Notes under the pieces: generated by a model
Seen by the model: only the letters and a program-made list of their open reading frames with translations
What the model was told of the DNA's origin: nothing
Database searches by the model: none
Program-made: the position numbers and the translations under genes
Shown here: in pieces, positions 1-8,733 of the stretch
Layout: every line of letters begins with the position of its first letter
Numbering within the stretch: position 1 is the first letter of the stretch
Source of the DNA: an uncultured cyanobacterium
Lineage (GTDB): Bacteria; Cyanobacteriota; Cyanobacteriia; Cyanobacteriales; Nostocaceae
Assembly: GCA_963740315.1 (NCBI GenBank)
Contig: CAVUDP010000002.1
Span: forward strand, 1,984,001 to 2,048,000
Length of the DNA: 64,000 nucleotides
Direction of reading: 5' to 3'

Positions 1-424
1 TAGGAAATTCTACAACGTTATTTTCTAAATCGAGAGGAAGAAATCTTAACTTGTTTTGATTAAACTGCTGTGGTAAAGCCCCCCAACCTTTACGAATCGC
101 ATTAAAACCAATGGGTAGACTTGGTGTAATTTTTTTTAATATAATTTCCAAAACGTCGCCAGGTTGAGCATCTCGCACGTAAATCGGTCCGGTGAGTAAA
201 TGCGGTCCTTGGGCAATTTTGCGCTTTGAGTCAAGATTTTGATAAATATCGGATAATGCTGGAGTGAGAAATTCTGGTGGTGCTTTGTCGCAAACATGAA
301 ACCCCGTGTAAGTTTCTACATCAACTACATCGCCAGAGTCTACTGTTAAAGCAGGTTCTAATAAATGGGAGAAACCGCCAAGATGCACCGTTTCTTTTGT
401 AGCGTTGAGAATGTGATGAGTCAT
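1..424 (-). CDS. Acetamidase/formamidase family protein (5' part; runs off the window start)
   Basis: Manual translation from ATG at 424: MTHHILNATKETVHLGGFSHLLEPALTVDSGDVVDVETYTG...GPHLLTGPIYVRDAQPGDVLEI...GWGALP; frame open to position 2. Confidence 0.85.
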   Translation of the reverse strand, partial: MTHHILNATKETVHLGGFSHLLEPALTVDSGDVVDVETYTGFHVCDKAPPEFLTPALSDIYQNLDSKRKIAQGPHLLTGPIYVRDAQPGDVLEIILKKITPSLPIGFNAIRKGWGALPQQFNQNKLRFLPLDLENNVVEFP

Positions 425-541
425 TAGCCGTGTGCTTGCTCAGTATTATTGCTTAGGATAGCTTGTTTTATGTTTTTAAGCTATGTACGGCTAAAAATGA
501 AGTTTTTTAAGCGTTAATCAAAAATCTCAAACTCTTACCTA

Positions 542-659
542 GTAGTCCATTTCATTAGTTTTGACGGGTAAAAAGGTTCGTAGTAAGAGTTTTAACTCTC
601 CGGATTTAGGGAACTAATGCCCTTACTACGAACCTGTCAGAATTAATGAAAAGGACTAC
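542..659. mobile_element. MITE-like element with ~24 bp terminal inverted repeats, TA flanks and a nested GTAG hairpin repeat (575-634)
   Basis: GTAGTCCATTTCATTAGTTTTGAC at left vs reverse complement of right end GTAGTCCTTTTCATTAATTCTGAC; TA at 540-541 and 660-661. Confidence 0.7.
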
Positions 660-771
660 TAGCATTCGATTGCATTAAATTTAACGGGTTCATTTTCTCC
701 AAAACGTCGGGAGACTATTCTGTGCTACGTCTCTACAATTAGTCAATTTGAAATAAGATTAACGTTAAGGA

Positions 772-1446
772 TTATTCATCCAAGCATTCTTGATGACCAC
801 CAGCTTTAACAATGAAGTCATCAAAATCGCTGTCAGTTTTATAAACTCTGGGAATTTTAGAGTTAGTATCGTCCCAACGAATTAGGACACCACCATTGGC
901 TAAAGCAGAGAAACCACCTACAAACTTTGCTTGTCTGTTGCCGACAGGATTTTTATTATCTGTAGAATACACCTTACCTGCATTATTTTCTCGAAACTGA
1001 GACTTTAAGTAAAAACTGTATCTATTACCAGCCTTAAAGATAAATTGAGCGGTTCCGGGTTGCGGTACTGCATTTCCTAATGTCCCTGGGAAGTCATTAG
1101 GGTTGTCTGTTTGTCCGTCAGATGGATTGTTTAAAGCTCGATCGTATTCAGACAAACTATAATCTGAAGGTTTGACTTCTCCAATTAAATCTGTCTCTTC
1201 TCCGGTGTTTTCATTTCTAACACCAAATACAGATTGGTAAGCACCGTAAGAACGAACAAATTGAAACTGCACTACAGTATTCGTTGTAAATAAAATACCG
1301 CTATTGTCAAAGAATTCCTGCGATTGTAATTGAACTGGCACTGAACTTTGGGCTTGCGCGGGTGATGAAATACCCAAAATTCCTGCTGCAACTGCTCCGA
1401 CAAAAATCTGTACGCTGGTACGATTAATCTGCATTTTTTTTCTCAT
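772..1446 (-). CDS. Secreted hypothetical protein (beta-rich; C-terminal WDD...DSDFDDFIV acidic motif, possibly Ca-binding, DUF4114-like)
   Basis: ORF 224 aa, signal peptide ending PAQA, acidic D-x-D-F-D-D motif. Confidence 0.7.
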   Translation of the reverse strand: MRKKMQINRTSVQIFVGAVAAGILGISSPAQAQSSVPVQLQSQEFFDNSGILFTTNTVVQFQFVRSYGAYQSVFGVRNENTGEETDLIGEVKPSDYSLSEYDRALNNPSDGQTDNPNDFPGTLGNAVPQPGTAQFIFKAGNRYSFYLKSQFRENNAGKVYSTDNKNPVGNRQAKFVGGFSALANGGVLIRWDDTNSKIPRVYKTDSDFDDFIVKAGGHQECLDE

Positions 1447-1488
1447 AACAACTCTTCACTAATCTGAATTTTTTGGTTTCCCAGGCAT

Positions 1489-1998
1489 CTACCAGGCACG
1501 ATTGGCTATGTTCGCTTTTGTCACTTCTACTTTTTGATTCACTTCATTTAAAAACGTTTTAGATTCACGCAACAAAATGTTTAATTTTCTACAATTAGAG
1601 TTAGCTGAAGTAGATGGTGAGCTTGAACAAGTCTGAGTTGGAGCCTTTTTAACCAATCCAACAGTACGGGGTTTATTTGAACTTTCCCCAAGTAAAAAAC
1701 CGCGTAATTCGCATGGTTGAGGAGTGCGATCGCATTCACAATTATCGCAAGCAACGTAAGCATCTGTTAATTCGTCAGCTAATTTTTCGCCTTTCTGGAT
1801 AATCAGAGAATTTAGTCCGCCAGTTTTAATAAAGATGGTTGCTCCATCAAATACATTAGTTCCGGTAATGTTAGACAGATTGCTGCCAGTAATATTAGAT
1901 AAATTACCAGCATTTTGAGCATTTACAGACTCTGCAAACAGTCCGCTAAAAGCTAATGATGTACCTACAATCAGACTAACTAATTTGTTTCTACGCAT
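1489..1998 (-). CDS. Secreted Cys-rich hypothetical protein with tandem NLSNITG repeats
   Basis: ORF 169 aa, signal peptide ending VNA, six Cys. Confidence 0.7.
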   Translation of the reverse strand: MRRNKLVSLIVGTSLAFSGLFAESVNAQNAGNLSNITGSNLSNITGTNVFDGATIFIKTGGLNSLIIQKGEKLADELTDAYVACDNCECDRTPQPCELRGFLLGESSNKPRTVGLVKKAPTQTCSSSPSTSANSNCRKLNILLRESKTFLNEVNQKVEVTKANIANRAW

Positions 1999-2024
1999 AA
2001 TTTTTACTCTTTCTAAAACTAAAA

Positions 2025-3224
2025 CTAGAACTTAAATCCAAAGCCAGTACCGATGACAAACCTAGCCCGATCGCTGGCTCCACGCCCAGAACCTGCTATA
2101 TCGCGCAGTGCGGGGGTAATAACTAAAGGAATATTTTTGAAAGGTGCGATCGATGCTCCTACAGCCAAATCTTGACCAGTCCACTCTGCAATCAAGCTGG
2201 CTTGAGGATGTACGCGAACGGCAACATTACCAAAAACGTTGAAGTTATCTTTACCGCTAACGATTGAATTCTCAGTGCGGAACTGTCCATTACCTACACC
2301 AGCAGTAACTGCAACGCGACTAAAAGGTTTATTGATATCGTCTTGAGTGCGAATAACCTTGGTTACAACTCCGTACAAAGACTTATCAAAGTCATTAACC
2401 AGAGTATTACTATAGCGCCCAATGCTTACAACACCATTCATACCAACAGCAGCAGCCCAATCTCCTTTAAATTGTCGATGCACTTTGACGTTAAAACCGC
2501 CAATTCCAAAGTCGCTGTTGAAATTATTGCTGACGCTGGCTAAAGTGTACGATAATACAACACCCGCAGATTTTTTCGCATCACCCAAGCCAACACCAAA
2601 TACCACTGCACCATCACTAGAATTGCCAAATCTAGTACGGGATTGATAATCAGTTGCCACAAAAGCTGTATTGCGATCGGCACCATATCCTAACGGTACA
2701 TAAATGCTCATACTTGGAGAAGAATAGTACGAGTCAAGCTTGATTTTGTCTAAGTCGCGCAATTGCCTTTGCACTTCTTTCACTTCTGACAAAGATGGCT
2801 TAACATTTGCCACAACCAAATTATCTTTAGGTGCCCGATATTCTTCTATTTTTGCTTCATTTTTATTAGAAGTAGATATATCTGAAAAAATAACTACAGC
2901 TTCGGTTTCAGGAAGAGATACTTGTTCAACTGATTTTGAAGTAGTAGTTTTGTTAAGTGTAAATGTTGGCTGAGCTTCAACTTGAGTTAAGTCTTGAACC
3001 ATACTCTCCACTTCGATTGGTTGAGTATGTGCTTTATCTAAATTAAAAACAATCTGCTTTTGGGGCAAATCAGTAGCAGATAACTGGTTATTCTCAAATT
3101 TTTTAGCACCTTCAACAGCGATCGCAGAACTTGTAAAAACATTTATAGCGAACAAAACAAAGGTTACTAAGACATTGGTTAATAATCCTAGAACTAAATT
3201 ATTCATAAAATTGTGTGTTTCCAA
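2025..3224 (-). CDS. Putative outer-membrane beta-barrel protein (hypothetical)
   Basis: ORF 399 aa, signal peptide, Gly/aromatic alternating strands in C-terminal half, terminal Phe (GTGFGFKF). Confidence 0.65.
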   Translation of the reverse strand: METHNFMNNLVLGLLTNVLVTFVLFAINVFTSSAIAVEGAKKFENNQLSATDLPQKQIVFNLDKAHTQPIEVESMVQDLTQVEAQPTFTLNKTTTSKSVEQVSLPETEAVVIFSDISTSNKNEAKIEEYRAPKDNLVVANVKPSLSEVKEVQRQLRDLDKIKLDSYYSSPSMSIYVPLGYGADRNTAFVATDYQSRTRFGNSSDGAVVFGVGLGDAKKSAGVVLSYTLASVSNNFNSDFGIGGFNVKVHRQFKGDWAAAVGMNGVVSIGRYSNTLVNDFDKSLYGVVTKVIRTQDDINKPFSRVAVTAGVGNGQFRTENSIVSGKDNFNVFGNVAVRVHPQASLIAEWTGQDLAVGASIAPFKNIPLVITPALRDIAGSGRGASDRARFVIGTGFGFKF

Positions 3225-3505
3225 CTTAGACTATTATCTAAAATATTTATATACTGATAAAAAAATTAGATTGTATTTATACCTTTTTTAAAATAAAAAA
3301 TATTAAATAATAAATTTTATATTAGCTTTAAACAAACAATAAATAACAAGCATCGGGATTTTTTTTAAAGAAAGATATAAATGTTTTTCGGTTATAAACT
3401 GATTTTAAAATATATAAAATAAAGTTGATTTATTTGAGTATTTTTTTCTACTAAATAAAAGAAAAAACAAACAAGCTATATGTTTGCTGTAATACTTGTA
3501 TGAAT

Positions 3506-4172
3506 CTATCTCACTAATAAGATTCTCTGAATCCAGATATGGATAGTGGCAATATTGAGAAATGCATCAAAATATACTTTTTTACGTTCCCAGCGAACAA
3601 CTAAACAACGGTATTTACGTTGGAACCAAGCCTTCGCAACGTTCTTGTTGATACCGATTGATAGATATTTTAATCGGTCTACCTCTATTTTTCTTGGTTT
3701 TCCAGATCCGTTTTGGTATTTGGGGTCGAATACCCCGCTTACGCAAAGCAGCACGTTGATATTCGAGTCATAACCCTCAAGACCTTTACCCTCTTCCGTG
3801 GTCTACCGGGCTTCAATGTTTAAATCGCTTTACAATATCTGTATAGAGGTATTAAGTACTTAGGCAAAATTAATTGTGCATTTGTCCGAAGCGAGTGGAA
3901 CGTTCACGCGGAGCGTGCGGCTCAGTGAAACGAAGCATTCACCCGTAGGGTGCGGTTCATCGCAAGACCTTGAGAAAGATCCGCTGTCGCATGTCCTATC
4001 GGACACGCTGCGCTAACGCAATGACACAAATAATGAAGGCACACCCACTTATCTGTTCTCTCTCACTACCTGTCTTCTGAGGTTTTAGAATTTGCTAAGG
4101 GCATACCATTACCCTGTGTTAGTGTATTAATTAAAACTCTCTTACCTTTACCACCATAGGCAACTTCCTCGC
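3506..4172 (-). pseudogene. IS5-family transposase remnant, frameshifted and interrupted by a MITE
   Basis: Fragments in different frames: EVAYGGKGKRVLINTLTQGNGMPLAN, GSEREQ|IIPL, PGRPRKRVKVL, GYDS, QRAALRKRGIRPQIPKR, WFQRKYRCLVVRWERKKVYF. Confidence 0.8.
3855..4049. mobile_element. MITE (AGT...ACT ends, TA target duplication) with nested GC-rich palindromic repeats; copy 1
   Basis: TA at 3853-3854 and 4050-4051; removing it rejoins IS5 codons GAA CAG ATA ATA CCT; homologous inverted copy at 5115-5376. Confidence 0.8.
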
Positions 4173-4413
4173 AATGACTGTACTTACGTTGTCCCTGCGT
4201 AATTTATAATGTAATTATTTATACAATTAAAATAGGGGCGAACAGATGTGCGCCCTAACGAGTAATATGAAATGAGTGCGCTCATATTTTTTTGCAACAC
4301 AACCATTGATCTAAATACAAAATTACCGAAAATCAACGATCCGAGATTAACTAAGCAACAGTAATATTTAATACCAAGACTGTGGAAGCTATCAATAAAG
4401 AAACGATTTCAAG

Positions 4414-4815
4414 TCAACCCATAAGAATGACCTTGTTAATCACATGAATTACACCATTATCAGCTTCGATATCTGCTGCCAAAACTGTGGCATTTTTTAC
4501 TTCAAATGTATCAGTACAATTAATACTAATAGGGGAACCTTCCACAGACTTTACAGTTTTCAATTTTGCTAAATCAGCCTGCATTAATTTGCCCAGTACA
4601 ACATGATATGTGAGAATTCTTGCTAGCCCAGGAGGATTTTGCAACAGAGTTTGAATGGTTCCTGGAGGTAATAAAGCAAAAGCTTCATCATTAGGTGCAA
4701 AAACTGTAAAAGGTCCGGGACTTTTTAATGTTTCTACTAAATTAGCAGTTTGTACAGCTTGAACTAGGGTATTAAAAGAATCAGCACTAACAGCAATATC
4801 AACTATATCTGCCAT
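4414..4815 (-). CDS. Fasciclin (FAS1) domain protein
   Basis: [20 protein letters not shown] and [11 protein letters not shown] motifs. Confidence 0.92.
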   Translation of the reverse strand: MADIVDIAVSADSFNTLVQAVQTANLVETLKSPGPFTVFAPNDEAFALLPPGTIQTLLQNPPGLARILTYHVVLGKLMQADLAKLKTVKSVEGSPISINCTDTFEVKNATVLAADIEADNGVIHVINKVILMG

Positions 4816-4833
4816 GTTTTCACCATTACTCTA

Positions 4834-4940
4834 TTGACATACTCCTCAGCCTAAAGGCGTGAGGATTCTGGGTTCAAACAGCAACAGCAGGCATAGCCCG
4901 TCTTACGTCGCCTCGCCCAACAAACAATGCCCTGCCTGTT
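4834..4940 (-). ncRNA. Putative TnpB omega-RNA (reRNA)-like scaffold
   Basis: Right-end region of the IS605 derivative lies just downstream of TGATATAAT; contains GTAAGAC and TGAACCCAGAATCC...TCAA, which resemble tnpB element 3' ends; expression inferred. Confidence 0.45.
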
Positions 4941-4946
4941 TCGACT

Positions 4947-4955
4947 ATTATATCA
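4947..4955 (-). promoter_or_regulatory. Extended -10 promoter (TGnTATAAT) inside the IS605 derivative, pointing at the fasciclin gene
   Basis: Minus strand reads TGATATAAT. Confidence 0.55.
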
Positions 4956-5114
4956 GAAAGCCGTCCTTTAAGGACGGGGCTTTAAACCCATTGTTTTCGG
5001 TAAATATTATAAGGGTTATGGAGAAAACGCGGGTTAAAAGTTCTTACCAGTGTAGGTTTTTATGTAAAATTTTTTTTTATAAGAAGACATGGAAATACGG
5101 AGATAAGGAAAATA

Positions 5115-5376
5115 AGTGAGTATGCCTTCATTATTTGTGTCCGAAGCGAGCGACACCAGTGGGGAGCAGTGTCTCCCGTTCGTGGAAAGCGTGCGGCGAG
5201 CGGGAGATAGCAATCCCAGATTGCGTTAGCGGAGCGTGTCCGATAGGACATTGAGCCTTTCTCTGAGCCGCACAAGCGCGGTGAACGCGCTCATGCTTCA
5301 TTTCACTGAGCCGCACGCTCCGCGTGAACGTTCCATTCGCTTAAGACAAATGTACAATTAATTTTGCCGTCTAACT
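5115..5376. mobile_element. MITE copy 2 (inverted relative to 3855-4049), longer nested interior
   Basis: Shared termini TGCCTTCATTATTTGTGTC and ACAAATGTACAATTAATTTTGCC; TA at 5113-5114 and 5377-5378. Confidence 0.8.
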
Positions 5377-5488
5377 TATCAATACTGTTTTAAACATCCC
5401 AAACAGCAGTTTTATAATCTTTTGGTGCATCCATTATAAATGTGCTGCAAAAAGCGATCTTTTTTTCACCGCAATAGTTGAATAGTTT

Positions 5489-6082
5489 TTAACAGATACT
5501 GGTCGAAATAAATTCAATAATAAAAGTTAAACCTTCTTGTTTCTTCAAATTCGTAAATACAAAAGGCTTTCGATCGCGCATTTTTCTAGCATCCCTTTCC
5601 ATAACCTGTAAATCTGCACCCACATAGGGAGCCAAATCAATTTTATTGATTACTAATAGATCGGATTTAGTAATACCGGGTCCTCCTTTGCGAGGTATTT
5701 TATCCCCAGCAGCAACATCAATAACGTAAATTGTTAAATCAACTAATTCTGGACTAAAAGTTGCAGCCAAATTATCGCCACCACTTTCCAAAAATACTAA
5801 ATCCAGATCGGAAAAAAGCACCTCTAACTGTTCAATTGCAGCTAAATTCATCGAAGCATCTTCCCGGATAGCAGTATGAGGACAACCGCCAGTTTCTACA
5901 CCTATAATTCTTTCTTTATCCAACGCTTGGGATTTTGATAAAAATTGTGCATCTTCTTGAGTATAAATATCATTTGTTACAACTGCAATTTGATAAGAAT
6001 CGCGCATAGATTTACACAAAGCTTCCACCAAAGCAGTCTTTCCCGAACCCACAGGACCTGCAACACCTACTCGAAAAGTCAT
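5489..6082 (-). CDS. ureG: Urease accessory GTPase UreG
   Basis: [35 protein letters not shown] motifs. Confidence 0.97.
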   Translation of the reverse strand: MTFRVGVAGPVGSGKTALVEALCKSMRDSYQIAVVTNDIYTQEDAQFLSKSQALDKERIIGVETGGCPHTAIREDASMNLAAIEQLEVLFSDLDLVFLESGGDNLAATFSPELVDLTIYVIDVAAGDKIPRKGGPGITKSDLLVINKIDLAPYVGADLQVMERDARKMRDRKPFVFTNLKKQEGLTFIIEFISTSIC

Positions 6083-6119
6083 GATTTGTTAGTTGTTAAT
6101 TGTTAATTCATAATTGATT

Positions 6120-6794
6120 TTAGCTGCGGAATAACCTTGTATACTGCTGTTCGTGCCCCATACTTGCTAAAGATAAACCCCAACTACAACAGCTTAATTC
6201 ATCGTCGTGCAAATTGATAATTTCTACTGTTGTCGTACTAATTAATTCTTGCAATTCCAGCAATAATAATTGTCCTGCGGTTTGTCCCAGAGGAATCAAC
6301 TTTATTCCAGCAGTAATTAAATTACTAACCCAACCGTGCAGATATCCTAGCAAGGCTGCTTCTCGATTAATTTCCCAATTAGCAGCAGCAATACCAAAAG
6401 CGATCGCATAATTACAAGGTTTATCCAAGGCTTTAACTACAGGCACTATTTGCGGTTGTAATTCTTTCAATAATCGAATCAAGGAACCCCCCATTTGCTG
6501 GGATTGATTGCGTAATTCTTCAGTTTCCCGTGCGGCAGATAGCCAACTATTCCAGTAAGATAAAGCAGCTAAATCTTGGGTTTTCACAGCAAGATAACCT
6601 CTCAACATCACTGCGGCTTCCACACGAATCGCGCCATAACGTAATTCTTGAGTTAACCAGTGCTTGAGGCTTTGGGCATCATGAATTATCTTAATTTCAA
6701 CTAACGTTTCCAATCCTTCTGAATAACTATATGCCCCCACGGGTAAAGCAGGGCTAACAAGCTGTAAAAGACAAAGAAGATTATGGTTAATCAA
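6120..6794 (-). CDS. ureF: Urease accessory protein UreF
   Basis: [20 protein letters not shown] at N-terminus, [11 protein letters not shown] at C-terminus. Confidence 0.95.
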   Translation of the reverse strand: MINHNLLCLLQLVSPALPVGAYSYSEGLETLVEIKIIHDAQSLKHWLTQELRYGAIRVEAAVMLRGYLAVKTQDLAALSYWNSWLSAARETEELRNQSQQMGGSLIRLLKELQPQIVPVVKALDKPCNYAIAFGIAAANWEINREAALLGYLHGWVSNLITAGIKLIPLGQTAGQLLLLELQELISTTTVEIINLHDDELSCCSWGLSLASMGHEQQYTRLFRS

Positions 6795-6958
6795 TTTTAG
6801 ATTTTAGATTTTAGAATTAGGAGTAGGGAGCAGTGAGCAGTGAGCAGTGAGCAGTGAGCAGTGAACAGTGAGCAGTGAACAGTGAGCAGTCTTCAATTTA
6901 TAACTCTACCCCCTCTCCCCATCCCCCCATCCCCCCATCCCCCCATCCCCCCATCCCT
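6795..6958. repeat. STRR tandem repeats (ATTTTAG, CAGTGAG, CCCCCCAT units)
   Basis: Directly visible 7-8 bp tandem units between ureE and ureF. Confidence 0.9.
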
Positions 6959-7408
6959 TCAATGGGAATGATATCCATATGCACCTGTTTCTGGTTGAAA
7001 AGGTAAATTTTCCTCTGACACTTGTAAACCAAGATTTTCTAACATTTGACGTAACACCGAATCGGGAGATAAACGTAAATAATTTGACGTAATTTCTAAC
7101 TGTACGTGACGGTTTCCCAAATGATATGCGGCTTTAATTAAATCTAAATGATTTTGGGCAGTTACAGTTAAAACAGGTTCCGGTTTGGCGATGATTTTTA
7201 TAAAATTATTAGTTTCATCTTGTAAAATATCGCCGTCTTGCAACACAGTACCCCTGGGTAAACGCAAGCACACCATTTGTTTATCGGAAGCTTGAAAACG
7301 ATACCTCGAACGAGTGCGTTCCTCTGCGGTTAATTCAAGGGTTAAACTAATCGCTGCATCGGGGTTTGGAGTTTTGCGTTGAGTGAAAGTTAACAAATCA
7401 ATTATCAA
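6959..7408 (-). CDS. ureE: Urease accessory nickel chaperone UreE (start possibly TTG near 7396)
   Basis: [33 protein letters not shown]. Confidence 0.95.
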   Translation of the reverse strand: MIIDLLTFTQRKTPNPDAAISLTLELTAEERTRSRYRFQASDKQMVCLRLPRGTVLQDGDILQDETNNFIKIIAKPEPVLTVTAQNHLDLIKAAYHLGNRHVQLEITSNYLRLSPDSVLRQMLENLGLQVSEENLPFQPETGAYGYHSH

Positions 7409-7419
7409 TGAACTAATAT

Positions 7420-7812
7420 TTATAAGTTTACATTTGTCTCTTTCTCTAAAATTTCCTTATTTGTATATGTATAACTAGCACTGACTTTCTCTTTCTTATC
7501 CAAACTTTTATCCCGATTTTTAAACTCGTCTAATAATTTATAGAAACTATCAAGCCCTTCTGTTTCGCTTCCGCAGTAAAGCATTATTATCTTTGCCCAA
7601 GAATTAGATGTTGAAACATGATATTTATTTTGAAGCCAGGGCTGAAAATTTTCATGGAAATCATCTTCCCATTCTGTGGGTTCAATATCTAATTCTCCTC
7701 TCGCAAATTCATATCCAACAAGAAAATGGAATAAATCACTTACTGAAGCTCTACCAATATACATTCCCGGTCGAGGTTTAATTTTTTGCAACACTTCATA
7801 TAGTCCACTCAT
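7420..7812 (-). CDS. Hypothetical protein, putative immunity-like partner of the upstream toxin
   Basis: ORF 130 aa with [11 protein letters not shown]...FLVGY motif, directly downstream of the toxin-domain gene. Confidence 0.65.
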   Translation of the reverse strand: MSGLYEVLQKIKPRPGMYIGRASVSDLFHFLVGYEFARGELDIEPTEWEDDFHENFQPWLQNKYHVSTSNSWAKIIMLYCGSETEGLDSFYKLLDEFKNRDKSLDKKEKVSASYTYTNKEILEKETNVNL

Positions 7813-7847
7813 TTTAATTAATCCCTTTTTATGACCTATAAACTATT

Positions 7848-8240
7848 TTATAACCCTGGTAATTCTATGATAAATTTCTCGCTTGGGCAATAGAAGTCTT
7901 TAATCCAATATTCTCTTGTCAATCCTTCTACTGATAGATTATCAAATATTAGTCCGCGAACTTCTACACCATAATGTTTACCGTTGAGCGTGATAGATTC
8001 ATTTATACCGCGATTTTCCAAGCGCTTGCTTAGAATATAATATTCTTTACGCTTCTTAGTTCTAATAAAAATTACTTTTCCTTTAATATTATTTTCTTCT
8101 AACCACAACATTACAGCTTTTGCACATTCATCACATTCATACAGTTTGAAATTTGCTGTTATCTTCCCGACTTCCTGATAAATCTCTTCATCCGATAAAG
8201 AACTCACCCATGCACCCCTATACGAAAAATACGCATTCAA
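7848..8240 (-). CDS. Papain-fold toxin 2 (Tox-PL-2)-like domain protein (start possibly GTG at 8207)
   Basis: ECDECAKAV ... ITLNGKHYGVEV ... FDNL gives a Cys-His-Asp pattern. Confidence 0.7.
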   Translation of the reverse strand: MNAYFSYRGAWVSSLSDEEIYQEVGKITANFKLYECDECAKAVMLWLEENNIKGKVIFIRTKKRKEYYILSKRLENRGINESITLNGKHYGVEVRGLIFDNLSVEGLTREYWIKDFYCPSEKFIIELPGL

Positions 8241-8385
8241 TCAATTATTAATGCATAATTCGTAAACGATAAAACTGCTCTTTAATCAAATGAAATAATA
8301 ACCAAATGTTTCTTGATACGTAATGCGATCGAGAGTACGGCAGTTTTGCGGCTTTCATCCTTACCGCAAACTGCCTATTTTATAA

Positions 8386-8628
8386 CTAAATTTCTACCAA
8401 AGAACGAACGCTAAGAATCTCATCCTTTGTTAAAGATTTAATATCAGATTTAGGAACAATAACAACAGCGATTGATTCCCCTGTAGCGTTAAATACTTCT
8501 AAAACACATCCATCACCACCATTAGGGTGAGGAACAAAATCAATTAATGTTGCAACATCATCTGTTTTTAATTTATTTTCGGGTAAATCGCGTTTTAAAG
8601 CTACACGTTGGTATAATTCAAAGTTCAT
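8386..8628 (-). CDS. DUF4926 domain protein
   Basis: ELYQRVALKRDLPE...LEVFNATGESIAVV pattern, 80 aa. Confidence 0.75.
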   Translation of the reverse strand: MNFELYQRVALKRDLPENKLKTDDVATLIDFVPHPNGGDGCVLEVFNATGESIAVVIVPKSDIKSLTKDEILSVRSLVEI

Positions 8629-8733
8629 AATTGTGACTTTTACTTAATTAAATGCAAAACAAAAGTTAAGGCTTAAAACTCCTAACTCTTAACTCTTAAC
8701 TCTTAACTCCTAACTTCTCATCCCCATTATTTT

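Larger units (their letters stand above)
4834..4999 (-). mobile_element. Non-autonomous IS200/IS605-family derivative (166 bp, no tnpA/tnpB)
   Basis: Minus strand: TTAC|CGAAAACAATGGGTTTAAAGCCCCGTCCTTAAAGGACGGCTTT (left-end hairpin) ... AGAATCCTCACGCCTTTAGGCTGAGGAGTATGTCAA| (right-end hairpin and TCAA). Confidence 0.8.

Noticed and set aside
4859..5316. ORFs 4859-5119, 5060-5275 and 5131-5316
   Set aside because: They lie within the IS605 derivative and MITE copy 2 and show no protein-like features
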